Of a stretch of 64,000 nt of DNA, positions 30,228 to 41,000 are shown in pieces. Numbering within the stretch: the first letter of the stretch is position 1; every line of letters begins with the position of its first letter. The stretch is taken from NCBI GenBank assembly GCA_050173015.1, contig JBFXLE010000004.1, forward strand, positions 32,001 to 96,000, written 5' to 3'. This DNA comes from Calditrichaceae bacterium. Its GTDB lineage: Bacteria; Calditrichota; Calditrichia; Calditrichales; JBFXGD01. The notes under the pieces were generated by a model. That model worked only from the letters and a program-made list of their open reading frames with translations. It was not told where the DNA came from and did no database searches. The position numbers and the translations under genes are program-made.

Positions 30228-31676
30228 ATGCGCGATGAAATAATAAAGCTGTTAGTAATTGAAGACGAAGAATTTGACGTTGTGCGCGTTAGTAATACAT
30301 TAAAACCATTTGAGCAAAAAATAAATATTGTTGAAGTCGTTTCAAGCGGTAAGGCGGCGATTGAATGTCTGAAAGATAGCGATAAGAATTTTGATGTGGT
30401 CGTAATGGATTATCAAATATCCGGCGCGTTGTATGGTGATGATCTGATCCGCGAACTCAAGAAAATAGATCCCACCATTCAAATACTGGTAATCACAAAA
30501 ATGACGATCAACCAGGCGGATCTTCATTTCGCGAATCAATTAATATCCGGCGGCGCCTTTTGGTTTGGCACAAAATATCCTGGCGATATCGAAAATTATA
30601 TTTACCAGCCTACTGATTTTGTACTCAGCATCATCAACGCTTATGAAAAAAAACAAATGGAACTGGAGCAAATCCAATCACGCAAAAAACTTGACCAAAA
30701 TATTGATCAAATCATGAACAGGATGAAACTCATCGGCAATTCACCGCCGATGATGGAACTGGCAGAAAAAATTCAAAAATATTCGACTCCCAATGCCAAT
30801 GTTCTGATTTTAGGGGAGTCAGGCACGGGAAAGGAATTGGTGGCCCGTAATCTGCATTATTTGAGTCCGAGAAAATATGAAAATTTTATTACGGTTAACT
30901 GCGGCGCGATCCCTAAAGAATTGATTGAGAGTGAATTGTTTGGCTTTGAAAAAGGCTCATTCACCGGAGCGAAGGAAGCGAAATCCGGTTTATTTGAACA
31001 GGCGGATAAGGGCACCATATTTTTGGATGAAATTACAGAATTACCTCCTTCGGCGCAGGTTAAATTATTACGTGTTTTGCAGGAAGGCGAAATTGATAAA
31101 ATCGGCCGTAAACATGTGTATCATGTGGATGTGCGCGTCATCGCGGCGACAAACAAGGATATAGGAGTGCTGCTCGAAGAAAAGGCTTTCCGGGAAGATC
31201 TATACTACCGTCTGAATATATTGAGGATCAAGGTACCGGCGTTGCGTGACCGAATCAGTGATATTCCGGTCCTGATAGAGCATTTTTTACATATGTACAG
31301 TGACGAAATGGGAATCGGTATTCCTAAAATTGACAACGAAGCGATGGAGATATTAACCGGCTTCCCCTGGCCGGGTAATGTGCGTCAACTTAAAAACACC
31401 ATGAATCGTTTGGTTTTATTGAGTACAGACGAAATAACCAAAGAATTGATTCAAAGCAGTATTGAAATGGATGACCGGGCCCGCGGTGATCTGATATCCA
31501 TGTCCGGTTTCAGAATGAGCCAAATTTTACCCCTAAAACAGGTCGAGGTGGAATTCCGCAAACGATACGTGGAATATGTGCGCAATAATTGCGGCACTGA
31601 TGCCGAGGCCGCGGAGAAACTTGGTTTCGCGCCGCCAAATTTTCATCGCATATGTAAAGAACTTGGATTAAAGTAA
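30228..31676 (+). CDS. Sigma-54-dependent response regulator (NtrC family)
   Basis: REC (EDEE, MDY), GESGTGKE, ESELFG..KGSFTGA, FLDEI, DLYYRL, WPGNVRQL, C-terminal HTH. Confidence 0.95.
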   Translation: MRDEIIKLLVIEDEEFDVVRVSNTLKPFEQKINIVEVVSSGKAAIECLKDSDKNFDVVVMDYQISGALYGDDLIRELKKIDPTIQILVITKMTINQADLHFANQLISGGAFWFGTKYPGDIENYIYQPTDFVLSIINAYEKKQMELEQIQSRKKLDQNIDQIMNRMKLIGNSPPMMELAEKIQKYSTPNANVLILGESGTGKELVARNLHYLSPRKYENFITVNCGAIPKELIESELFGFEKGSFTGAKEAKSGLFEQADKGTIFLDEITELPPSAQVKLLRVLQEGEIDKIGRKHVYHVDVRVIAATNKDIGVLLEEKAFREDLYYRLNILRIKVPALRDRISDIPVLIEHFLHMYSDEMGIGIPKIDNEAMEILTGFPWPGNVRQLKNTMNRLVLLSTDEITKELIQSSIEMDDRARGDLISMSGFRMSQILPLKQVEVEFRKRYVEYVRNNCGTDAEAAEKLGFAPPNFHRICKELGLK

Positions 31677-31691
31677 TCAATTCGCGGAAGA

Positions 31692-31780
31692 CTGATCACG
31701 TTCCTGATAACACTGATCAAGAGAGATTATTATTATTTTTGATAATTATTAGTTATCTTTTTTGATAACTTTTTTATCCT
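31692..31780. promoter_or_regulatory. Candidate upstream activator sequences (TGATAA/TTATC repeats)
   Basis: Several TGAT(A/C)A and TTATC half-sites, including GATAA-N7-TTATC, ~120-200 bp upstream of the -24 box. Confidence 0.45.
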
Positions 31781-31898
31781 CCGCCATCAATGTTGACCAA
31801 CATATCCTAATTTTTTTTTTTTCTTATCCCTCTTGTAACAAGCTATTACATGAAATCTAAGCAGAGCGTTAAAATCCAAATCGGAATAATCTGAAAAC

Positions 31899-31913
31899 TG
31901 GCACGGAGTTTGA
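31899..31913 (+). promoter_or_regulatory. Sigma-54 -24/-12 promoter
   Basis: TGGCAC-GGAGT-TTGA (consensus TGGCAC-N5-TTGC), directly downstream of an NtrC-type gene. Confidence 0.7.
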
Positions 31914-31960
31914 CCTATTGAAGTTGATTAATTCGGATAGAAACGACTTTAAGGTTTCCC

Positions 31961-33523
31961 GTGATGATTACCCGGAGTGTGTTTGACAACATTGTAATTC
32001 TGGTTTATATGATCTCTGTATTGAGTGTCGGAGTCTATTATTCCAGGTACAATAGGAACAGCACCGATTATTTTTTAGGCGGCAGAAAATTCGGCTGGAT
32101 AACCATCGGTCTGTCACTATTCATCGCGAATATTGTTATTGAACAATTTATCGGAATGTCCGGATTAAATAATGGAAACGGTATCCTAGCCGGGTATCTT
32201 GAGTTTCTGGCGGCCGTCTTAATTCTTCTTTCCATTTGGGTTTTGATGCCTGTCATTTTTAAATCGAATATTTTTACAATTTCCGAACTGTTTGAACAGC
32301 GATTTAATCCCGCAAGCAGAATATATATCACCTCTGTCACTCTCATTATTTTTGTAATAACAAATCTAACCATAAGCCTGTATGTCGGTTGTTTTTTATT
32401 AAATAAAACAATGGGCTGGGATATGGTGACATCCGGAGTCGTATTGATTGTTGTGACAGGTATCTATTCTATAACCGGGGGAATGAAAGCAGTGATGTAC
32501 ACGGGTGTGTTGCAGGCCGTAATACTTCTATCCGGTTTACTCATGCTTATGTTTTTCGGTCTCGGTGAAGCGGGAGATTTGAACGCGATACTGACCCGGT
32601 CGGAAACTGTTTTTTCAATATTCCACCCATTGAATGATCCTGATCTCCCCTGGACCGGGGTGTTTTTTGCCTTGCCCGTCCTGGGAATATGGTATTGGTA
32701 TATTGATCAATTTGTCGCCCAGAGAATGATCGCGGCGGAAAATATAGGTCAGGCCCGTAAAGGCGGTTTTTTTGCCGCGGGACTGAAAATATCATCCATA
32801 TTCCTGATCGCTTTTCCTGTGATTATCGCTGTTTCCCTTTTTCCGGAAATTTCACCCGATCAGGCGTTTGTGGCGCTGACCATGAGCCATATCATACCCT
32901 TTGGAATAAAAGGACTGGTGATATCGGGGATTCTGGCGGCTGTGATGTCCTCTATCGGACATTGTTTCAATGGTTCTTCAACATTGATCACGATGGATTT
33001 TTATCGGCGATTAAAACCGGCGGCTACTGAACACGCGCTTGTTCTGACCGGGCGGCTCACGTCCGCGTTTTTTGCGCTTCTCGCCATTATTATCGTTTTG
33101 TTAATCAGGAATCTGGATTTCCAGATGCTGAAATTTTTAATCATTCTTTATGTCTATATCACACCACCTGTAGCAGCCGTATTTCTGTTGGGTGTTTTAT
33201 GGAAATCAATTTCCGGACCAACCGCTTTGTGGACGATGATTACCGGTCTGGCAATAAGTTTGGCCCGGGTATTGATGATTATAATGAGCAACGAAATTTA
33301 TTCCGTTTCCTGGCTTGATTGGTTTGTACAGATTAATCCATTGAATTATGGTCTATTCTTATTCGCGTTCTCACTTTTGTTGATGAGTGTGCTTACGCTG
33401 ACGGAAAAAATCAGGAATTATAAGAAGGACAATGCGCCTGTTGCCGGGTTCAGTGAGCCTGAGACCGAAGAGATGAGTACCGGAAAGAAAAAATCCTTGG
33501 GTCACTTGAACTCACGGATTTAA
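31961..33523 (+). CDS. Sodium:solute (SGLT-like) symporter, divergent
   Basis: DYFLGGR, EQFIG, GGMKAVMYT, WYW.IDQ..AQR, AAVMSS, TMDFY. Confidence 0.85.
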   Translation: MMITRSVFDNIVILVYMISVLSVGVYYSRYNRNSTDYFLGGRKFGWITIGLSLFIANIVIEQFIGMSGLNNGNGILAGYLEFLAAVLILLSIWVLMPVIFKSNIFTISELFEQRFNPASRIYITSVTLIIFVITNLTISLYVGCFLLNKTMGWDMVTSGVVLIVVTGIYSITGGMKAVMYTGVLQAVILLSGLLMLMFFGLGEAGDLNAILTRSETVFSIFHPLNDPDLPWTGVFFALPVLGIWYWYIDQFVAQRMIAAENIGQARKGGFFAAGLKISSIFLIAFPVIIAVSLFPEISPDQAFVALTMSHIIPFGIKGLVISGILAAVMSSIGHCFNGSSTLITMDFYRRLKPAATEHALVLTGRLTSAFFALLAIIIVLLIRNLDFQMLKFLIILYVYITPPVAAVFLLGVLWKSISGPTALWTMITGLAISLARVLMIIMSNEIYSVSWLDWFVQINPLNYGLFLFAFSLLLMSVLTLTEKIRNYKKDNAPVAGFSEPETEEMSTGKKKSLGHLNSRI

Positions 33524-33635
33524 CCTGTTTAAGGCGATTTAATAATCAAAGGAAATACCATATTTCCATATGCAGATTAAAATTAAAAGTCAGTTCGTGT
33601 CTAATTAATCAAAAACCGTATAACGGAGGTAAACT

Positions 33636-35165
33636 ATGAAGTCAACATTGTTACTTTTAGTGTTTTCGTTTTTTCTGGTGTCCGCTGGTATGGCCCAAGA
33701 TATCAACGTAACTTTTCAGGTGGATCTGAAAGTTAAGACAGCAGAAGGTTTGTTTGTCCCTGGTACTGATGGCGTAAGTGTTCGCGGCAGTTTCATGAAT
33801 GAAGCCGGCTATGATGGTGACTGGTTCCCATCCGAAGGCGCCTTTTGGCTGAGCGACGCCGATGAAGATACCATTTACAGCGCGATAATACCGATCGACG
33901 CGGCGAGTGTAGGCACTTTGTTTGAATATAAATTTCAAATTAATGATGCCATTTGGGAAAATGATCCAAACAGATCCTTTACATTGTCCGATCAGGATAT
34001 GATCCTCCCTGTTGTTTTGTTTGACCGTGATAGTGTTGTCACTATTCAGGTTACCAACACACTTAATTTTACAGTGGATTTATCAAACATTTATGGAACC
34101 GGCAGCGGCTATTTTGATCCGGATGTCGATCAGTTGCGTCTTGAAGGTCTGGATTGGGTTGGAGCCATTGTCATAGCCGATCAAAGCGAGCGTGTGTTTA
34201 CAGAAGATCCGTTCAGCCCCGGCATTTTTCACACGACAATGGTCATTCAGGGTGTGGAAGGTGATGAGACAAAATATAAATGCAAAGCCTCTCCGGAAGA
34301 AGATTTTTTCAATTGGGGCTGGGAAATAACACCGGATTATTGGTACACGATTCAGCCGGATGGCTATGAGGCGGATATTCCGGTATTCACACCGAATGTG
34401 TTCCCGGTTCAGCCTCCACTGACCGAAGAAGTTACCATTCTTTTTCAGGTGAATATGAGCGATGCTTATAATGTTTATACAGATGAAAAAATTGATCCTT
34501 CAGTCATTGAATGGGTTGGATTAAAGGGTCAGAATTCCGTGCTTGGCAGTTGGGGTGGCGATTGGCTGTCTTCAGATACTCTTGCGACGGATTCAACTGA
34601 TATAACCATGCATGTTTTAAATGATGACGGCAAAAATGGCGATAAAGCGGCCGGTGATAATATCTATTCTAAGAGTATTACTTTTCCTGTTGGCAATGAC
34701 GGTGGCCCCGGTCTTTACAAGTACGGCGCGTTTTATGCCGGCGCGGAGACAATTAATGGTGGTCAGAAGCCGCTTGACAACGAAATGCATGGCACAGATC
34801 ACTGGACTAATGTAAAGGTCGCTGACATTACGGAAGTCATGGACAATTTTGGTTCACTTGAACCTGTCACGGCCATTTCTGATGATCCACGCTTTATTCC
34901 CGAAAAAATACATCTGGCTCAAAATTATCCAAATCCGTTTAATCCTGTAACTACGATTAACTATTATTTACCGGGTCATGACCGTGTGGAGCTGGCTGTA
35001 TTTAATATTCTTGGGCAAAAAGTTTCCACTTTGGTAAACGGTATGCAGAGAGCGGGAGAGCATACTGTACAATTGAATGCTACTGATATGGCATCGGGTG
35101 TATATTTTTACCGGTTAAGCACTTCGACTCAGACCATTACAATGAAAATGCTGTTGGTAAAATAA
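33636..35165 (+). CDS. Secreted multi-module carbohydrate-binding-like protein with T9SS type-A CTD
   Basis: Three VTFxVD...YK modules; C-terminal QNYPNPFNP...ASGVYFYRL...KMLLVK; strong RBS GGAGG. Confidence 0.8.
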   Translation: MKSTLLLLVFSFFLVSAGMAQDINVTFQVDLKVKTAEGLFVPGTDGVSVRGSFMNEAGYDGDWFPSEGAFWLSDADEDTIYSAIIPIDAASVGTLFEYKFQINDAIWENDPNRSFTLSDQDMILPVVLFDRDSVVTIQVTNTLNFTVDLSNIYGTGSGYFDPDVDQLRLEGLDWVGAIVIADQSERVFTEDPFSPGIFHTTMVIQGVEGDETKYKCKASPEEDFFNWGWEITPDYWYTIQPDGYEADIPVFTPNVFPVQPPLTEEVTILFQVNMSDAYNVYTDEKIDPSVIEWVGLKGQNSVLGSWGGDWLSSDTLATDSTDITMHVLNDDGKNGDKAAGDNIYSKSITFPVGNDGGPGLYKYGAFYAGAETINGGQKPLDNEMHGTDHWTNVKVADITEVMDNFGSLEPVTAISDDPRFIPEKIHLAQNYPNPFNPVTTINYYLPGHDRVELAVFNILGQKVSTLVNGMQRAGEHTVQLNATDMASGVYFYRLSTSTQTITMKMLLVK

Positions 35166-35325
35166 GGAAATATTTCCTAAACGAAAATGAATGGTGAGAG
35201 CTGTGATATAGTCATCAAAAATTAGTTAAGAAATTGACAGGGTAGCATGAGAAACAGAAAGAAGGCTCTGTGACTTTGTTATCCTGTCTTTAATAATAAT
35301 TCATAATTAGCCGAATAGAAATTCA

Positions 35326-38085
35326 ATGAAATTTTATTTAATGATAGTACGGATCATGCTGCCGGGATTATGTTTGTTTTCATTTCTGCAGGCGGGTGTG
35401 ACAGGAAAGATTGCCGGCGCCGTGAAAGATATATCTACCGGAGAACCGCTTGCCGGAGTGAATATTGTAGTCGAAGGCAAAAATATTGGCGCCGCCACCG
35501 ATCTGGATGGATATTTTGTGATTTTAAATGTACCTCCCGGTGTCTATACCGTTTCGGCATATTCGATCGGATATGTCACAATATCCATGCAGAATGTAGA
35601 TGTATCCATCGATCTAACCGCGCGGGTGAATTTTGATCTTCAGCAAACGACTCTTGAGTCTTCAGAGACGGTGGTTGTAGAAGCGGAACGCCCGATTATT
35701 ACGCGTGACCTGACCGCGAGTACCGCTGTTGTGGGCAGCAGCACAATTGACGCCCTTCCGGTGACGGAGCTCAGCGAGATATTGGAGCTGCAGGCGGGTG
35801 TTATCGACGGCCATGTTCGCGGCGGGCGAAGCGGAGAAGTAGTTTACGCGATCGATGGTGTTCCCGTAACGGATACCTATGACGGATCGACTGTCGTTGA
35901 TGTCAATACCAGCGCGATTCAGGAGTTACAATTTGTAAGCGGCGCGTTTAACGCCGAATATGGTAAAGCGCTGTCCGGTTATGTTAATATCGCCACGAAA
36001 GAGGCCAGCAATAAATTGGAAGCCGGCATTACCAGTTACGGCGGTGATTATATCAGTAGTCACACCGATATTTTCAGGGGAATTGACCGCTTTGATATAA
36101 CGGCGATCCGTGATATTGAGGGTTTTGTGAGTTTACCTTTAGTAAAAGATAAACTTTCCTTTTATGGAAATGTACGATATATATATTTTGATGGCTGGAT
36201 GAACGGTAAAAAGGTCTTTGAACCCTGGGATATTACCGTTAATAAGGGACCGAGCGAACCGATAGAGGATCGTTATGATATTCAGTCCAGCGGTGACGGA
36301 AAATATGTATCAATGAACTGGAACAGAAAAATAAACGCGCATACTAAATTAACCTATACTCCATTTGCCGGGATAAAGCTGAACTATAATCTGATGTTGG
36401 AAAAAGTCGCCTATCAGGACTATGATCATAGTTTCTCCTATAATCCAGATGGTGATTTTCAACGCTTTCGTAACGGCTTTACAAATATTTTGGGTATGAC
36501 GCATGTTCTTAATGCGGCCACATTTTACCAGTTCAACCTCTCATATTTCAGCAAAGAATATAAACATTACGTCTATGAAGATCCTTATGATTCACGTTAT
36601 ACTCACTATGATCTGTTGAATCAACAGCCGCAGGATGTGCCCAGTTTTTTAACCGGGGGTACAAAGAATCAGCATTTTTACCGTAAAACAAATACATATT
36701 CGGCAAAACTGGATATAACATCCCAAATTACCAAACGGAACCTGATAAAAGGCGGCATTGAGTTCAGCAGGCATAAACTTACATACGACAATTATTATTT
36801 GTTGCAGGAGGCAGGTCTGCCGAGCCCGTCGGAAAGCGGAGATCCATTTGTGAAAACACGGATCCCGGATCCGGATAATCCGAGCGAAAATCTTTCGATT
36901 GACCGCTACACCCGTGAACCCATGGAGATATCCGCTTATTTGCAGGATAAAATTGAATTTGACCAGTTGATCATCAACCTGGGTCTCCGGTATGATGTTT
37001 TTATGCCCGAAGGGCAAATATTATCTGATCCCTCGGATCCTGATATTTATCGCCCTAAAAGACCGGAAAACATCGAGAAGACCATAGAGGAGAGATCAAC
37101 CTACTGGTACAAAGACGCGTCGATCAAATCGCAATTCAGTCCGCGGTTGGGAGTTTCCTTTCCGTTCAGCACAAACGGGGTCTTTCATTTTTCATACGGT
37201 CATTTCTTCCAGATACCAAACTTCGAACTGCTGTACCAGAATCCGCAATATAAGTTCGGCACCGGTACCGGAAATCTCGGCATCGCGGGTAATCCCGATC
37301 TGAAACCGGAACAAACCATAAATGGGGAAGTGGGCTTTTCCTATGGTTTAAACAGAAGCCTGTCAATTGATATTACGGGATATTTTCGTGATATCCGTAA
37401 CTTAGCGGGAACACGCGCCGACGAGATATATATGTTTGGAGGATCGGGAAGCTACAGCCAGCTTGTTAACAGTGATTTTGGTTTCGTCCGGGGAATAGTT
37501 TTTACCCTGGATAAGCGATTCAGTGATAACTGGTCGGCAAAAATTGATTATACCTTCCAGACGGCAAAAGGAAACGCTTCCGATCCGGCAGCGACCAGAA
37601 ACCAGCAGGTTAGCGGCCAGGAGCCTGAGATTCAGTTGATAAATCTGGATTTTGATCAAACGCATACGGTTAACGCCACATTTAATTATGTCACAAATAA
37701 CCGGTGGGGAATAAGTGTGATCGGGCGATATGGCAGCGGAATGCCATATACACCTTCACAATCGATTGACATATCCAAGCTATTGACGAACTCAGAAATA
37801 AAACCATCATTTTATAATGTGGATTTGAAGCTCCGCAAGGATTTAATCATCAACACGCGCGCGGTTACCTTTTTTGCGCGAATTTATAATTTGTTTGATT
37901 TTAAAAATGAGATAAATGTTTACAATGACAGCGGCACAGCTGATTTTACTCTGGAAGAATATTTACGGCAGCAGCAGGATCTGCCGGCTTTGGTGAATAC
38001 GCTGAATGAATACTACCGCATTCCTTATTATTATTCTGAGCCGCGCCGGTTGGAATTGGGTTTAACCCTTCAATTATCTAATTAA
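35326..38085 (+). CDS. TonB-dependent receptor with N-terminal carboxypeptidase-regulatory-like domain
   Basis: GKIAGAVKD, VRGGRSGEV, GAFNAEYG, SPRLGVSFP, PRRLELG. Confidence 0.92.
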   Translation: MKFYLMIVRIMLPGLCLFSFLQAGVTGKIAGAVKDISTGEPLAGVNIVVEGKNIGAATDLDGYFVILNVPPGVYTVSAYSIGYVTISMQNVDVSIDLTARVNFDLQQTTLESSETVVVEAERPIITRDLTASTAVVGSSTIDALPVTELSEILELQAGVIDGHVRGGRSGEVVYAIDGVPVTDTYDGSTVVDVNTSAIQELQFVSGAFNAEYGKALSGYVNIATKEASNKLEAGITSYGGDYISSHTDIFRGIDRFDITAIRDIEGFVSLPLVKDKLSFYGNVRYIYFDGWMNGKKVFEPWDITVNKGPSEPIEDRYDIQSSGDGKYVSMNWNRKINAHTKLTYTPFAGIKLNYNLMLEKVAYQDYDHSFSYNPDGDFQRFRNGFTNILGMTHVLNAATFYQFNLSYFSKEYKHYVYEDPYDSRYTHYDLLNQQPQDVPSFLTGGTKNQHFYRKTNTYSAKLDITSQITKRNLIKGGIEFSRHKLTYDNYYLLQEAGLPSPSESGDPFVKTRIPDPDNPSENLSIDRYTREPMEISAYLQDKIEFDQLIINLGLRYDVFMPEGQILSDPSDPDIYRPKRPENIEKTIEERSTYWYKDASIKSQFSPRLGVSFPFSTNGVFHFSYGHFFQIPNFELLYQNPQYKFGTGTGNLGIAGNPDLKPEQTINGEVGFSYGLNRSLSIDITGYFRDIRNLAGTRADEIYMFGGSGSYSQLVNSDFGFVRGIVFTLDKRFSDNWSAKIDYTFQTAKGNASDPAATRNQQVSGQEPEIQLINLDFDQTHTVNATFNYVTNNRWGISVIGRYGSGMPYTPSQSIDISKLLTNSEIKPSFYNVDLKLRKDLIINTRAVTFFARIYNLFDFKNEINVYNDSGTADFTLEEYLRQQQDLPALVNTLNEYYRIPYYYSEPRRLELGLTLQLSN

Positions 38086-41000
38086 TGAAGCAGAGGGTTT
38101 TGATGAAGAACAGCAGTATATATATTTTTTTAATTTTCATGGTATTTGTCCTGACAGGATTTAATCAATCATTTGGCCAGTATGAAAAAAGTACACCGAC
38201 AGCCCGGAGGGTGGGAAATCATAATGGCAACCAGGTACGGACAACTTTTACGAATTATGGTGTGATTGGCCAGCCCGGAAGTCAGGGAACTAATTGCGCC
38301 TGGAAGTATGACGCCAACGGATATGCCACTGATATACAGCCTCTTGTGGGCGTCCGCCTTCCCATCCGTGATTATCGTGTCGCGGGAGTGTATGACGGTG
38401 TGCCAGATACGCTGTTTTCAGTCATTGGCTGTAATGCCGACCGCTCCGGGGTGCCCGATTATGATCCGGGTGGCGGTCAGTTTTGGGGATTTGAACCGAT
38501 CCCCGGTTTTTTTAATCCATCCCTCGATGCATTAGGTATCGGCGTGGCCATGAATCATCTCCCGCAAACCTGGCCCGCGTATTGGCCGGATCATCCTGAT
38601 TGGATAGGTAGTAACGGAAGCGCGGAATGGAATGGTTACTTCGGCCGCGGCGTGGAGAATTCTGATCAGGAGAGTTATTTTTTGATGGATGATGCCAATG
38701 ATCTGAAAATGTGGCAGCGCTATCAATTCTTGCCCGACAGTAATGATACAAGCCGCAAGGGACAGGGAATTCAGGTGGCTGTTCGGGGTATGCAATGGTC
38801 CAATTTTCTGGCGCAGGATGTCATCTTCTGGGTTTATGAAATTACGAACGTGGGGACGGAAGTTTATGACCAGGCTTCTTTTGGAACTTTAATAGGCACT
38901 TATCTGGGTGTCGGGCCCCAGGGCGGAACGGAATGGATGGATGACGCTTCATTCTTTAATGTCCGCGAAGCGATCGTTTATACCTGGGACTTTGATCAAT
39001 ACATCAATCCTTCGGCGAATCCCAAATGGCAGCCCAATCCATATGAAGTCGGTTATATCGGATACGCGTTTCTGGAATCTCCGGGTAACCCTTACGATGG
39101 CATTGACAATGACGGGGACAACGCGCCCAGTGGTTCAGCTCCGTATTTTAATGAGGGAGACTTTGTTCCGCGGACAGTCAAGGCCGGTGATCGATTAATT
39201 TTGATCAATAAGGATACCTATGAAAGGACTTTATTTGTCATGCCCAATGAGCGGACTAATGTTGTCTCTCTCGGCAAGACATTTACACTTATCCCCGATA
39301 CAACTATCCTTGAAGAAGGTAATATGAAGCTTGGAGGCACGTCGGGTTTAACCATTAACAAAAACGCGTTTGATGGTCTGGATAATGATCTTGACGGAAT
39401 GATTGACGAAAATTACCAATTGCATTATCGTCAGTATAAAGAAACCACAGAGGGGAAAGTACTCATAGATACGCTGGCTCCGGTCCAGCATTTTGATTAT
39501 ATCAACGGTATCGGTCTCAACGATCTTTTAATCGACGAAGCCAGGGATGACGGTATTGACAATGATGGTGACTGGGATCCGATGGTGGATGATGTGGGCG
39601 CGGACGGGAAGCCCGGCACCGGCGATTATGGCGAGGGTGATGGTCAGCCCACAAGCGGTGAACCACATTTTGATCAAAAAGATGTGGATGAATCTGACCA
39701 GCTCGGTCTCACCAGTTTTGATTATTTTGTTCCTTCAACAGATATAGATATGAGTGATGAAAAAGAGATGTGGGAACGATTGCGTCCGGGCCGGTTTGAT
39801 GTGCCCGAGTCGATTGTCGATAACCGCGCGGTCAGGGGAGAGGACGGCGATTTTATTTTCGGATCGGGTTATTTCCCTTTACTTCCGGGAAAAACAGAAC
39901 GATTCTCGATGGCTTTAGTTTTCGGTGATGACTATGAAGCTGTTGTACGCAGTAAGAATATTGCTCAGTTGATATATAATTCTAATTACAATTTTCCAAG
40001 ACCCCCGACAAAACCAACTTTGACAGCGGTTCCCGGGGACGGCAGTGTGACATTGTATTGGGATAAGGAAGCCGAAAAATCTTATGATTTCTCTTTGCAG
40101 GAATTTGATTTTGAGGGGTATAAGATATACAAAAGCACGGATCCCGGTTTTTCCGACGCGAAAGTTATATCAAATGGTTATGGACAAATTGTTGACTATA
40201 AACCCTTTGTCCAATATGATCTCAATAATTCAGTAAGCGGTTTTTTTAATTCAGACCCATTGTTATATGAGCTCAGCAGCGGTAAGCCATTTTATCTTGG
40301 CAATGACAGCGGTATTAAAAACAGTTTTGTCGATACCGATGTGATCAACGGACGCACTTATTATTATGCCGTAACAGCGTATGATCGCGGAGATGAAACC
40401 GAATCAATTTATCCGTCGGAAAACACAAAAACCATTTATCGTGACGCGGCGGGCAATCTGGTTCTTGATAGAAATACCGCGGCTGTCACGCCGACCGCTC
40501 CGGTCGCCGGTTATGTGACTCCTGAATCCGGACTTTCCGCTGACCGTGTCGCGGGGTATTCGACATTTATACCCTTCGCCGAAATCGTTGATCAAACCAA
40601 TCTGAAACCAACAACTTATGAAATATCATTTTTAGACTCACTGATCCGGGATGTGCCGGTTGCATTCGCTTATAATATCGTTGATTCAGCGAGCGGTGAT
40701 ACGGTTTATTGGGGGAACACCAATCTGCAAAAGGAAAACGGAGATGTCTTTGACGGCATTCGCTTCTCTTTCAATACACGATATCAGGTATTGGATAGCG
40801 TGCGGCTTGATACATCGAAGAGCGGCTGGAATAATGAAAGAAACGATAATCTTGTTCCGGTCGTTTCAGAATTTAAATTCGGAAATATTGTCAGTACCCG
40901 ATTCCCGAAAGATTATTTGTTCGTATTTTATGAAGAGAGAAACCAGACATCTTCCCGGTTACCTCTAATTTTCGGCACCAGTTCTCCTCTTCAAACCATT

